Below, piece after piece: positions 56,046 through 64,000 of a stretch of DNA of 64,000 nt (within the stretch, counting starts at the first letter, position 1; each line of letters opens with the position of its first letter). The notes under the pieces were generated by a model. That model did not search any database and was not told where the DNA came from. It saw only the letters and a list, made by a program, of their open reading frames with translations. Source of the stretch: Planctomycetota bacterium (GTDB lineage: Bacteria; Planctomycetota; PLA2; JAEUHO01); NCBI GenBank assembly GCA_050248855.1, contig JBFWRP010000007.1:132152-196151 (forward strand), written 5' to 3'. The translations under genes were made by a program, and so were the position numbers.

Positions 56046-56933
56046 ATGAGGGATCAGGCCCGAGCATCGAGGCCCGTCCTGGGGGGGCGGAGGCATCCGG
56101 TCGTGGGATCCGATCGTCGGCGCGCCCAGCGCATCTCCTGTCGCTTGCCCGTCCGGCTCAAGGGTCACGGCAACCCTTGCTTGGCCACGACGCTGGACCT
56201 GAGTCGCGTCGGCGTGCGAATCGCCGTCCCCCGGCTCGAGCTGGGGATCGGCGTCGAGGCGGACACGCAGCGGATCGCGCGGGCCGTCAACGCCCGCCTC
56301 GGCGCCATCTCCGTGGCGGACCTGCACTACCAGGTCCTCGGAGCCCTCGTCCGCAAGGGCATGCGCTTGGTCCGCATCGCGCTCCCCGTGGACGAGGTGG
56401 TGCACGTCGAGCTGGGCTTCGAGTTCCGCAGTCCGATCACGGACGAGGAATCGACGTTCCTGGGGCTGGACCTGCCGGAGCTGATCGACGCGCCCGACGA
56501 CGCCACCGCGGAGCCCGACCCGCAGGCACCGCTCTTCGCGTACCTATGCCCGCCGGGCAGCAACAACGAGATCGTGCCGCTCTTGGCGCCGATCGTGCGC
56601 TGGTCGGAAACGGATCTCGTCTTGCGGATCGCCGACCGCCGCCGCCTGCCGTTCGTCCCGGAGGGCAACGACCTCGGCGGCCACTTCGAAGCCGTGACCG
56701 AGGCCTACGGAAGCCGCACCCAGATCCTCGTTGCGCACGGCGCGCACCCGATCTGGTTCGGCCCGGCCGTCGTGCAGGCCATCGACCGTCCCACGGCCAA
56801 CGGCGGCTTCGACGTGGCCCTGGGCTTCCATGCCGAGCAGGGCCCCGGGCGGCGCCTGCGCGCCTGGACGCAGCACGGTGTCCCCGAGGTGACGCCGGTC
56901 GAGGCCTCCGAGCTGGCTCCCGCCGCCGACTGA
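56046..56933 (+). CDS. PilZ-domain (c-di-GMP-binding) protein
   Basis: RRAQR (RxxxR) followed by DLSRVG (DxSxxG). Confidence 0.75.
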   Translation: MRDQARASRPVLGGRRHPVVGSDRRRAQRISCRLPVRLKGHGNPCLATTLDLSRVGVRIAVPRLELGIGVEADTQRIARAVNARLGAISVADLHYQVLGALVRKGMRLVRIALPVDEVVHVELGFEFRSPITDEESTFLGLDLPELIDAPDDATAEPDPQAPLFAYLCPPGSNNEIVPLLAPIVRWSETDLVLRIADRRRLPFVPEGNDLGGHFEAVTEAYGSRTQILVAHGAHPIWFGPAVVQAIDRPTANGGFDVALGFHAEQGPGRRLRAWTQHGVPEVTPVEASELAPAAD

Positions 56934-56937
56934 CGGG

Positions 56938-58476
56938 TCAGGCAAGTCGCGCCAGGAGCGGTTGCAGGACGACCCACGCCAGGACGAACAGGACGAGGAT
57001 CCCGATCAGGTTGAGGCGCAGGCCCGCGCGCAGCATGTGCGGCATGCGCACGAGACCCGTCCCGAACACGATCGCGTTCGGCGGCGTGCCGACCGGCATC
57101 ATGAAGGCGAGGCTGGCGGCCAGGGTCGCGGGCACGAGCAAGAGAGCGGGTGGCATGTCGAGGGCCGGCGCCAACGCCGCGAGGATGGGCAGCATCGTGG
57201 CCACCTGCGCCGTGTTCGAGGTGAGCTCGGACAGGAACACCATGGCGGCGATCACCACCAGGAGCACGCCCCAGACGGGCCACCCGGCCAAGCCCGCAGC
57301 CAAGCTGCCGATGTAGTCGCCGACGCCGTTCACTTCCACGGCCGCGGCCAGCGCCAAGCCCCCCCCGAACAAGATGAGCACCCCCCACGGCAGCGTCTTG
57401 GCCGTGGCCCAGTCCATCACCATGAGCCCACGCTTGCGGTCCACCGGCACGAGGAACAGGACGAGCGCCGCGGCCACCGCGATGCCCGCGTCGGTGAGGT
57501 GGACGAGCGGGCGCACGCCCGCGACCTCGAGGCGTGCCAGCCACGGCGAGGTCATCCACGCCGCGGCCGCGCCGAAGAACACGATCATCGTCGCGCGCTC
57601 GCCGCGGCCCAGCGGGCCCAGGCGTGCCCAGGCCTCGCGCATGTACTCGCGCCCGCCGGCGATCTCGCCCAAGCGGCTGGGAAACAGCACCTTCACCAGG
57701 AGCAGCCACGCCAGCGGCAGGAGCACGACCACGACGGGCACACCGAACAGCATCCACTCGGCGAAGCCGATGCTGACGCCCTGGCGCTCTTCCAGGTAGC
57801 GAACCAAGAGCCCGTTGGGGGGCGAGCCGATGATCGTGCCCACGCCCCCGATGGAGGCGGCGTAGGCCACGCCCAGCAGCGCGCCGAGGGCGAAGCGAGC
57901 CAGATCCGGATCGCCCTCGGGGATCGCCCCGTGCTCGGCGAGGCCCTGGCCCGTCTGCTTGCGTACGGCCACGTCCACGAGCGACAGCACGATGGGCACC
58001 ATCATCGCGACCGTAGCCGTGTTGCTGACCCACATGCTCATGACGGCCGTGGCCAGCATGAGCCCCCCGACGACGCGTGACGGACGCGTGCCTACGCACC
58101 GGAGCGTCACCAGCGCAATGCGTCGGTCCAGCCCCCACCGGGAGAGGGCTCGCGCCAAGATGAACCCCCCGAGGAACAGGAAGACGACATCCGAGCCGTA
58201 GCTGGCCGTGGTCTGCTTCAGGGGCAACACGCCGAGGAGCGGAAAGGCGACGACCGGCAGCAGCGCGGTCACCTCGATCTCGACGGCCTCCGTCATCCAC
58301 CAGACCGCCATCCAGACCATCATCCCGAGCGTGGCCCGCGCCGTCGCACCCAGGGCCACCACGGCCCCGTCGGCATCGCGGTAGCTCGTGGGCAGCACGG
58401 CGTACAGCACGAGGCCCAGGGCCGGCCCGGCCACGAGGCCAGCCAGCTTGACCCTCTGGGCGAGTCGGCTCTCCAT
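56938..58476 (-). CDS. SLC13/DASS sodium:dicarboxylate/sulfate symporter
   Basis: SMWVSNTAT, GTIIGSPPN, ELTSNTA, AFMMPVGTPPNAIVF. Confidence 0.93.
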   Translation of the reverse strand: MESRLAQRVKLAGLVAGPALGLVLYAVLPTSYRDADGAVVALGATARATLGMMVWMAVWWMTEAVEIEVTALLPVVAFPLLGVLPLKQTTASYGSDVVFLFLGGFILARALSRWGLDRRIALVTLRCVGTRPSRVVGGLMLATAVMSMWVSNTATVAMMVPIVLSLVDVAVRKQTGQGLAEHGAIPEGDPDLARFALGALLGVAYAASIGGVGTIIGSPPNGLLVRYLEERQGVSIGFAEWMLFGVPVVVVLLPLAWLLLVKVLFPSRLGEIAGGREYMREAWARLGPLGRGERATMIVFFGAAAAWMTSPWLARLEVAGVRPLVHLTDAGIAVAAALVLFLVPVDRKRGLMVMDWATAKTLPWGVLILFGGGLALAAAVEVNGVGDYIGSLAAGLAGWPVWGVLLVVIAAMVFLSELTSNTAQVATMLPILAALAPALDMPPALLLVPATLAASLAFMMPVGTPPNAIVFGTGLVRMPHMLRAGLRLNLIGILVLFVLAWVVLQPLLARLA

Positions 58477-58577
58477 GCGCGGGCTCCGCTGCGAAGACGG
58501 GGGAGGATACGAGGTCGGACGGCGACGACCCACGACGTCCGCGCTAGGCTCGGCGCCGGGCGTGGGAGCGTACAAGC

Positions 58578-59147
58578 GTGGGTAGCGACAAGCTGCGCCG
58601 CCTCGTCGGATGGGCCGCGATCATCGCGCCGGGCCTTCATTCGCTCACGGATGTCATCGAGTGGGTCCAGGGCGGCTTCTCACCGCTCCAGCTGGCGCTG
58701 AACTACGTGGCGTTCCTGGCCTTGACCGTCCTGCTGCTGGGTCTCCACGCCGTCCAGAGCGGTCGCGCCGGTTGGATGTCGCTGCTTGGCGCCCTTGGCT
58801 ACGGCTTCTCCTTCGTGTACTTCGCGCACACGACGCTCATGGCCCTCGAGTCGGGGGTTCCTACGTACGAGGACCTCTGGCGGCACTTGGGCAACGCGTA
58901 CACGTGGCAGGGTGCGCTCATGGTCCTGGGAGGCGTGGCGTTCGGCATCGCCAGCCTCCGTGCCCGCGTGCTGTCCCGATCAGGCTGCGCGCTGTTCCTT
59001 GCCGGGCTGGTCGTGAATCTCATCGTGGCGTTGTTGCCCCAGCCCGCCCTCGTGCAGACGATCGGCACGCTCATCCGCAATGGAGGCCTGATCGTCATGG
59101 GGTGTGACGTTCTTGCCCAGCCGAGGCCACTCGTTCGTGGCCGTTGA
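58578..59147 (+). CDS. Hypothetical multi-pass membrane protein
   Basis: About 6 hydrophobic helices. Confidence 0.6.
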   Translation: MGSDKLRRLVGWAAIIAPGLHSLTDVIEWVQGGFSPLQLALNYVAFLALTVLLLGLHAVQSGRAGWMSLLGALGYGFSFVYFAHTTLMALESGVPTYEDLWRHLGNAYTWQGALMVLGGVAFGIASLRARVLSRSGCALFLAGLVVNLIVALLPQPALVQTIGTLIRNGGLIVMGCDVLAQPRPLVRGR

Positions 59148-59955
59148 CGACACCCCGCCCACAGCGACGGATGCCGGGAGCGATCGACCGTTCGTCGACG
59201 GTCTCCTGTCGAGCCTGCGCTACCTCCTGGGCCTGGTCGTCACGTTCGCGCTGTTCCACACGGCGGCCACGCAATGGCAAAGCACGCGGGGAGAGGCGGG
59301 ATGGGCCGTCGCCGCGCTCGTCCTCACCTCGCTCCTGCTGGTCCAGCGCTGCGTGCTGCGGCACGCGTGGCGGCGGGCGCTGGCGCCGCTCGGCAGGCCG
59401 CGCCCCCGCGGGATGGTGACCAGCGGTGTCCTTGGCGCAGCTCTCTTGGTCGTGCCAGCGGCCTACAGCGCGATCACGCGGGCTCCAGCCACGTGGTATC
59501 CGGGAGGCGGGGCGCTGTTGGCGGGGCTGTTCCTGCAGGCGGGGGTGGCCGAGGAGGCGCTGTTTCGCGGCTACGGCTTCGGCTTGCTGCGGCCGGGGCG
59601 GACGTTTCGGCGCGCGGCATGGCTCGCTTGCCTTCCCTTCGCGGGGGTCCACGCGCTGCTGTTCGCAACGCTCTCCTGGCCCGTGGCCCTTGCTTCCCTG
59701 GCGCTCGCCCTGCTGATCTCGTTTCCCTTGGCCCACCTGTACGAGCTCTGCGGTCGTCGCATCTGGGGACCCGCGATCGTGCATGCCGTCGTCCAGGCCG
59801 TCCCCAAGCTGGTCGAGCTCGGCGACGGTCCGCTCTTCCCGTTGGTCTGGATGGTTGCCGCTGCGCTGCTGCCCTACGGGGCGTTCCTGGTTCCGCGGGA
59901 CCCGCCTTACCGCGAAGGCGCCCCACGGGCCGCCCCGGTGTCCGCCTCCAAGTGA
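59104..59955 (+). CDS. CPBP (CAAX protease-like) intramembrane metalloprotease
   Basis: EEALFRG, FAGVH, PAIVHA motifs. Confidence 0.85.
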   Translation: MTFLPSRGHSFVAVDDTPPTATDAGSDRPFVDGLLSSLRYLLGLVVTFALFHTAATQWQSTRGEAGWAVAALVLTSLLLVQRCVLRHAWRRALAPLGRPRPRGMVTSGVLGAALLVVPAAYSAITRAPATWYPGGGALLAGLFLQAGVAEEALFRGYGFGLLRPGRTFRRAAWLACLPFAGVHALLFATLSWPVALASLALALLISFPLAHLYELCGRRIWGPAIVHAVVQAVPKLVELGDGPLFPLVWMVAAALLPYGAFLVPRDPPYREGAPRAAPVSASK

Positions 59956-60611
59956 TCCACGATGGCTCCGGCCACGCCGGCGATCACGAAGACCGCGACG
60001 GCGATCAGGATCGTGCGCTTCACCACGCCACCCAGCCACTGCGTCGGAGGGGTGTAGCGAAGGCGCCGGCGCAAGGAGACGGCGAGCAGGGCCTCGGCGC
60101 CGGCCTCGCCCAGGATCGCGGGAGCCTGCACGATGAACACGACGGCGGCCGCCGTCAGGCTCACGACCAACACGACGATCGCGATGACGACCCCGATGCC
60201 GTCCGCATCGCCGACGTCGACATCCGGCAAGGTAAACGATCCTTCGCCACCCGCTGCGGCTCCGCGGCGCGCGGTGCTGCGAACGGGTGCCCGGAGCGCG
60301 CCGTGCTGGACGGCCCGATACGTGATCTCCGAGACAGGGGAAGCTGGGTCCACGGCGACTTGCGCAGCGCCCAGGGCGGCCTCCACCGCCTGCGGCCTGA
60401 CCGCCGGGTGGATCTTGTCGAGCCAGAAGCGAACGCACAGCAGGAAGAAGCCGTAGGCCGCGACCACGCCCAGGGGCCACCGCAACCAGCGCGCATCGAT
60501 GCCCGCCGCCAAGAACAGACGGCTGATGACGACGCCGAAGGTGATGACCGCAAGGAAGATGGCAGCCATGTGCAGCCGCAGCGGCAACCGCCGATGCAGC
60601 AGCGTGGCCAT
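59907..60611 (-). CDS. Hypothetical membrane protein
   Basis: 4-5 TM helices; LRLHM, APAILGE, WLGGVVKRT; start uncertain. Confidence 0.55.
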   Translation of the reverse strand: MATLLHRRLPLRLHMAAIFLAVITFGVVISRLFLAAGIDARWLRWPLGVVAAYGFFLLCVRFWLDKIHPAVRPQAVEAALGAAQVAVDPASPVSEITYRAVQHGALRAPVRSTARRGAAAGGEGSFTLPDVDVGDADGIGVVIAIVVLVVSLTAAAVVFIVQAPAILGEAGAEALLAVSLRRRLRYTPPTQWLGGVVKRTILIAVAVFVIAGVAGAIVDHLEADTGAARGAPSR

Positions 60612-60971
60612 GCGCCGGATGAAGCGCTGCCGGCGCCCCTCCCGTCGACGTCGACCGCTCGCCCCCACTACCTGCCTCCCCGGACGTAGGGCGACGAACC
60701 TACCGGGCGGGCGGCCGCTTCGCACTCCTCTTGGCGTTGGCACGACCCGCCGCCCGTTGGCCTGGCAATCCCGGCGACGTGCCGCGTCTCTCCCTTGCCA
60801 AGGAGGTGTCCAACCGATGGCGACGGGGTGACGGACGCCATGTTCTTCGGAAGCGCCGTCAACCCCACGCTCACCCACCGCCCCACGCTCGAGGTGACGT
60901 ACGAAGTGCCGTAGGTGACGCCCAGGAGACATGCCACCCGCACCCTGGGTCCGCCCCCTGGAGACCCGACC

Positions 60972-61457
60972 ATGCGCTGGATCCTGCCTGTCCTCGTGAC
61001 GCTGACCTTGACGGCCACCGCGGTTCGCGCGGCCCCGGAATCACCGCCGACGCCCGGTGACATCGCGGAGTGGATCCGCTCGGGCACGGAGGCCAACCTG
61101 GAGCGCGCGGCCCAAGCGTCCGAGGGGCTCGACGCGACCGCGCTTCGCGCAGTCATTGCAGAGGTGCGCGACCAGTCCCGCGTTCATGCCGCGCTCGAGC
61201 GCCGCATGATCAAGGATCTGAGCTGGAACGGGGTGTCGATGCAGCAAGCCATCGGCTACCTCCGCACCATCTCCGGCGTGAGCTTCTTCGTGTCGCCGGG
61301 CGCCCGCGAACACGTCGAGCAGAAGGCGTCGATCACCATGGAGTTCAGCAGCGTCAACGTGAAGACGGTGATGGATGCCGTGACGACGTCGATGGGTCTC
61401 GCCTGGCGCGTACGCCAGGGCGTCGTAATGCTCGTCACGCGCGACGAGTGCCGCTAG
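60972..61457 (+). CDS. Exported protein with STN/secretin-N-like domain
   Basis: Signal peptide (VRA/A); LSWNGVSMQQAIGYLRTISGVSF...ITMEF..V.VKTVMD...GLAW.V..GVV. Confidence 0.6.
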   Translation: MRWILPVLVTLTLTATAVRAAPESPPTPGDIAEWIRSGTEANLERAAQASEGLDATALRAVIAEVRDQSRVHAALERRMIKDLSWNGVSMQQAIGYLRTISGVSFFVSPGAREHVEQKASITMEFSSVNVKTVMDAVTTSMGLAWRVRQGVVMLVTRDECR

Positions 61458-61464
61458 CGCCTCC

Positions 61465-62352
61465 TTAGTGCTTCTTGCCGTCGGTGATGACCTTGATGGC
61501 GTCGGAAGCGGCCTTTTGGACGTGCAACGAGCTGTCCTCGCGAATCGCCTTCTCGAGCGTGGGGATGACCTCGCGGCGATAGGTCCAGCCAAGGCCCGTT
61601 GCGGCCGCGGCCCGGGCCCGCGCCAGCTTGTCCTCCACGATCGCCTCCGTCAGTCGGGCGACGGCCTCGTCGGACCCCAGGTGCCCGACGGCCTCCAGGG
61701 CGTTCGACCGGATCGTGTCCTTGCGATGCCGTGAGTACTCCATGACTGCGTAGATGACGTGCTCGTCGGTGGGGCCACACTTGGCCGCCGCGAGAGCGCA
61801 GGCCCCCACGACCTCGATCTTGGTGCGGCGATCGCGCATGACGACCAAGATGGAGGCCGCTGCAGCGGGGTTCCTCGACGTTCCGAGCGCTTCGGCCGCC
61901 GAGTGGGCCACCAGGAAGTTCTTGTTGCGTAGCGCGTCGTCGCCGCACAGGAACGCGATGGCCTTTGGGTGCCTCATCTTGGCGAGGGCCACGAACGCCG
62001 CGCTGACGAACTCGTGGTTCTTGTTGGTCGCGGCGAACTGCATGAGTGCATCGCGCTCGGCGCGCGTCGCCGACGAGCCCATGCGCTCGATCATTCCGCG
62101 CACCAGCTCGCGGTTCTTCGAGTCCTCGAGCTGGTCCACGAGCTCGCGGACGCGCTTCTTGTGGGCCTTGAGCTCGTCACCCTCGAGCTCCGGCTCCTTC
62201 TCGTCCGGCTTCGCGGGTGCGTCTGCTCCGGCAGGCGGCTGGTCCAACGGCCGGTCTTCCGCCCACGCCACGTTGAGCGCCGCCGCGCTGGCCGCCAGCA
62301 ACGCCAGAAACCACGGTGCGAACCCGTGCCGACGCAGGGACCTCGTCATCAT
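61465..62352 (-). CDS. Exported HEAT-repeat protein
   Basis: Signal peptide (AWA/ED); repeated V...AA.ALG helical hairpins. Confidence 0.8.
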   Translation of the reverse strand: MMTRSLRRHGFAPWFLALLAASAAALNVAWAEDRPLDQPPAGADAPAKPDEKEPELEGDELKAHKKRVRELVDQLEDSKNRELVRGMIERMGSSATRAERDALMQFAATNKNHEFVSAAFVALAKMRHPKAIAFLCGDDALRNKNFLVAHSAAEALGTSRNPAAAASILVVMRDRRTKIEVVGACALAAAKCGPTDEHVIYAVMEYSRHRKDTIRSNALEAVGHLGSDEAVARLTEAIVEDKLARARAAAATGLGWTYRREVIPTLEKAIREDSSLHVQKAASDAIKVITDGKKH

Positions 62353-62447
62353 GTCCGTGCCTCCCCTTCACAAGGCCATGAGCATACCGCCCCCGCTGGG
62401 CCGGGGTCGGGGCCGTGAGCAGCGCAGGCGTGCGGCGGCCGGGCTCG

Positions 62448-64000
62448 TCAGCGGGTGACGAGCATCCGGCCGCGCGACCCGACTTCGATCAGGCCCAGGC
62501 GGAACAGCAGCGGTTCGACGCGCTTGCGCACCGCCGTCTCCGAGAGGCCGAGGTACGCCGCGATCCGGCACAGCGTGACCGGGCCCTTGGCGGCGTGGAG
62601 CTCGTCCAGGTAGCGCTGGTGCTCGGGGTCCAGGCCCGCCTCGTCCAGATCCAGGCGCCGCAGGGCGCCCAGCACCTGCTCGCGGCCCACGGGACGCCCA
62701 AGCCCCTCGTGGCACGCGACCTCGGCGCGAACGGCTTCGGTCAGGGCCCCCACCGTGCGCGGGCTGCCGCCCGCGACGCGGGCGATCAACAGCGCGCCTT
62801 CCGTCTCGAGCGGGAAGTCGAAGCGCTTCGCCACGTCGCCGGCAATGGCGGCGAGATCACCCTCGGGCATGAGCGTGAGCCGCTCCACGATGCGGAAGCG
62901 GCTCCGCACGGCCTCGGAGATCTCCATCTCCTCCGTGGTGGCCGCCAACAGCGTGAAGCGCGGCAGCTCCAGCACGAGCTCGCGCGAGCGCGGCCCCTGG
63001 CTGATCGTCAGCGTGACCCGCTGTTCGGCCATGGCCTCGTAGAGCAGCTCCATGACGCGCCGCGGAATCGAGTGGACCTCGTCGAGGAAGAGCGCGGCGC
63101 CCTCGCGAAGGCCTGCCAACAGGCCCAGCAGCGTGGTCATGTCGCCCACGCGGTTGCCCAGGGCGGTGGTCAGATGCGCACCCATGCGCTTGGCGACGGC
63201 ACGCGCCAGCGTCGTCTTGCCCGTTCCGGGCGGGCCCACGAAGAGCGCGTGCGGGAACGGCTCGGCGTCGCCCTCGGCCGTGAGCGCGCGGACCTCGAGA
63301 CGGTTCACCAGTCGGTCCCGTCCGCGCAGCCCCTCGAACGCCGACGCCTCAGGAGCCCTGTTTTCAAGGCTTTCGTCACCCCGGAATTCCGGGGTGGGCT
63401 CCTCCGGGGTGGTCTCGTCGGGGGTGGTCGCAAGCGGCGGCGGCACGAAGCCGGCCACCAAGTCCAGGCGACCCGCGTCCCCGGAGCGGATGCCCTCGGC
63501 GTGCCGCTGCCACCAAGCCACGTCGACCGACGGCGGGAGGTCATCGAGCGTCACGGGCTCGGGACGAGGGGCCGCCGGCGGCGTGGGCTCGAGCACCAAT
63601 GCCGTGTCCATGGCGCGCGCCGCCTCGTTCATCGCGGCCAGGTTCGGGGCCTCGAACCGGCAGGTGGCACCGTGGTCCCCGCGGGCCACCAGGTGCCCAG
63701 CGTGCAGCAGGGCATGGCACTTGTCGCAGAGGGTGGCCATGTTCCACGGCTGCGTCGGACCGCCATGCTCCCGGAAGATCACGTGGTGGGCGTGCAGCCG
63801 CTGGCGGCTGCCGCAGTTGCGGCACTGGACGCCGTCGCGCTCGAGCACCAGGGCGCGCATCCACGGCGGGGTCTTGCGGTCGGGTGCGGACAAGGTGGCG
63901 GCCGTGACGGGGCCGTCCGACGTGTCGATGGCCAGATGCGAGGGGCAGTCCTCGTGGATGCACTGCTCCTTGAGCTGGATCCGGTACGGACGTCGGCCCG
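62448..64000 (-). CDS. HNH endonuclease fused to a RuvB-like AAA+ ATPase (5' end outside window)
   Basis: VLERDG.QCRNC...HAHH...GG.T...NMATLCDKCH; then GPPGTGKTTLA, LFLDEVH, LPRFTLLAATT, RSRF, GSPR, winged-helix EPLL.RLGLI...RGR; frame open to base 64000. Confidence 0.88.
   Translation of the reverse strand, partial: GRRPYRIQLKEQCIHEDCPSHLAIDTSDGPVTAATLSAPDRKTPPWMRALVLERDGVQCRNCGSRQRLHAHHVIFREHGGPTQPWNMATLCDKCHALLHAGHLVARGDHGATCRFEAPNLAAMNEAARAMDTALVLEPTPPAAPRPEPVTLDDLPPSVDVAWWQRHAEGIRSGDAGRLDLVAGFVPPPLATTPDETTPEEPTPEFRGDESLENRAPEASAFEGLRGRDRLVNRLEVRALTAEGDAEPFPHALFVGPPGTGKTTLARAVAKRMGAHLTTALGNRVGDMTTLLGLLAGLREGAALFLDEVHSIPRRVMELLYEAMAEQRVTLTISQGPRSRELVLELPRFTLLAATTEEMEISEAVRSRFRIVERLTLMPEGDLAAIAGDVAKRFDFPLETEGALLIARVAGGSPRTVGALTEAVRAEVACHEGLGRPVGREQVLGALRRLDLDEAGLDPEHQRYLDELHAAKGPVTLCRIAAYLGLSETAVRKRVEPLLFRLGLIEVGSRGRMLVTR
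63377..63396. repeat. Perfect 20-bp palindrome in the HNH-RuvB linker
   Basis: caccccggaa|ttccggggtg. Confidence 0.8.

Noticed and set aside
62448..63340. Calling this the housekeeping ruvB
   Set aside because: It is in frame with an upstream HNH domain, diverges at usually invariant RuvB positions, and has no ruvA/ruvC visible; gene symbol withheld.
1..64000. Many long overlapping ORFs (for example 4068-6806 -, 4412-7252 +, 42181-45438 +, 37990-40068 +)
   Set aside because: Shadow frames expected at very high GC. They are Arg/Pro/Gly-rich with no motifs and lie opposite or out of frame to well-supported genes.

Overview
A very GC-rich, gene-dense bacterial window. ECF sigma/Ser-Thr kinase pairs, HEAT/VWA proteins and secreted beta-sandwich proteins suggest a Planctomycetota-like genome (inference). 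Recognisable content, in order: (1) a Dus enzyme and a TelA-like/DUF6384/coiled-coil operon; (2) YdcF, YjbQ, a LicD-family transferase with an FKRP-like Cys cluster, and an MFS-spermidine synthase fusion; (3) three paralogous exported proteins carrying a free SecD-P1-head-like domain, two with a shared twin-palindrome upstream element; (4) a complete, translationally coupled haem operon (hemH-A-C-D-B-L-[HK-RR]-E-N-Y); (5) thioredoxin and DsbD genes plus a redoxin remnant; (6) two ECF-kinase pairs; (7) a five-gene respiratory operon (Rieske, b6-like cytochrome b, membrane-anchored octahaem Hao-like cytochrome, two CydA-fold subunits, one with haem c); (8) transport and membrane genes. At the right edge is a 5'-truncated gene fusing an HNH endonuclease to a full RuvB-like motor. 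The best candidates for undescribed systems are the HNH-RuvB fusion, the Rieske/cyt b-Hao-bd-like operon, the FKRP-like transferase and the SecD-head paralogue family. No rRNA, tRNA, CRISPR array or transposase was seen. All calls come from motifs read by eye; no searches were run.
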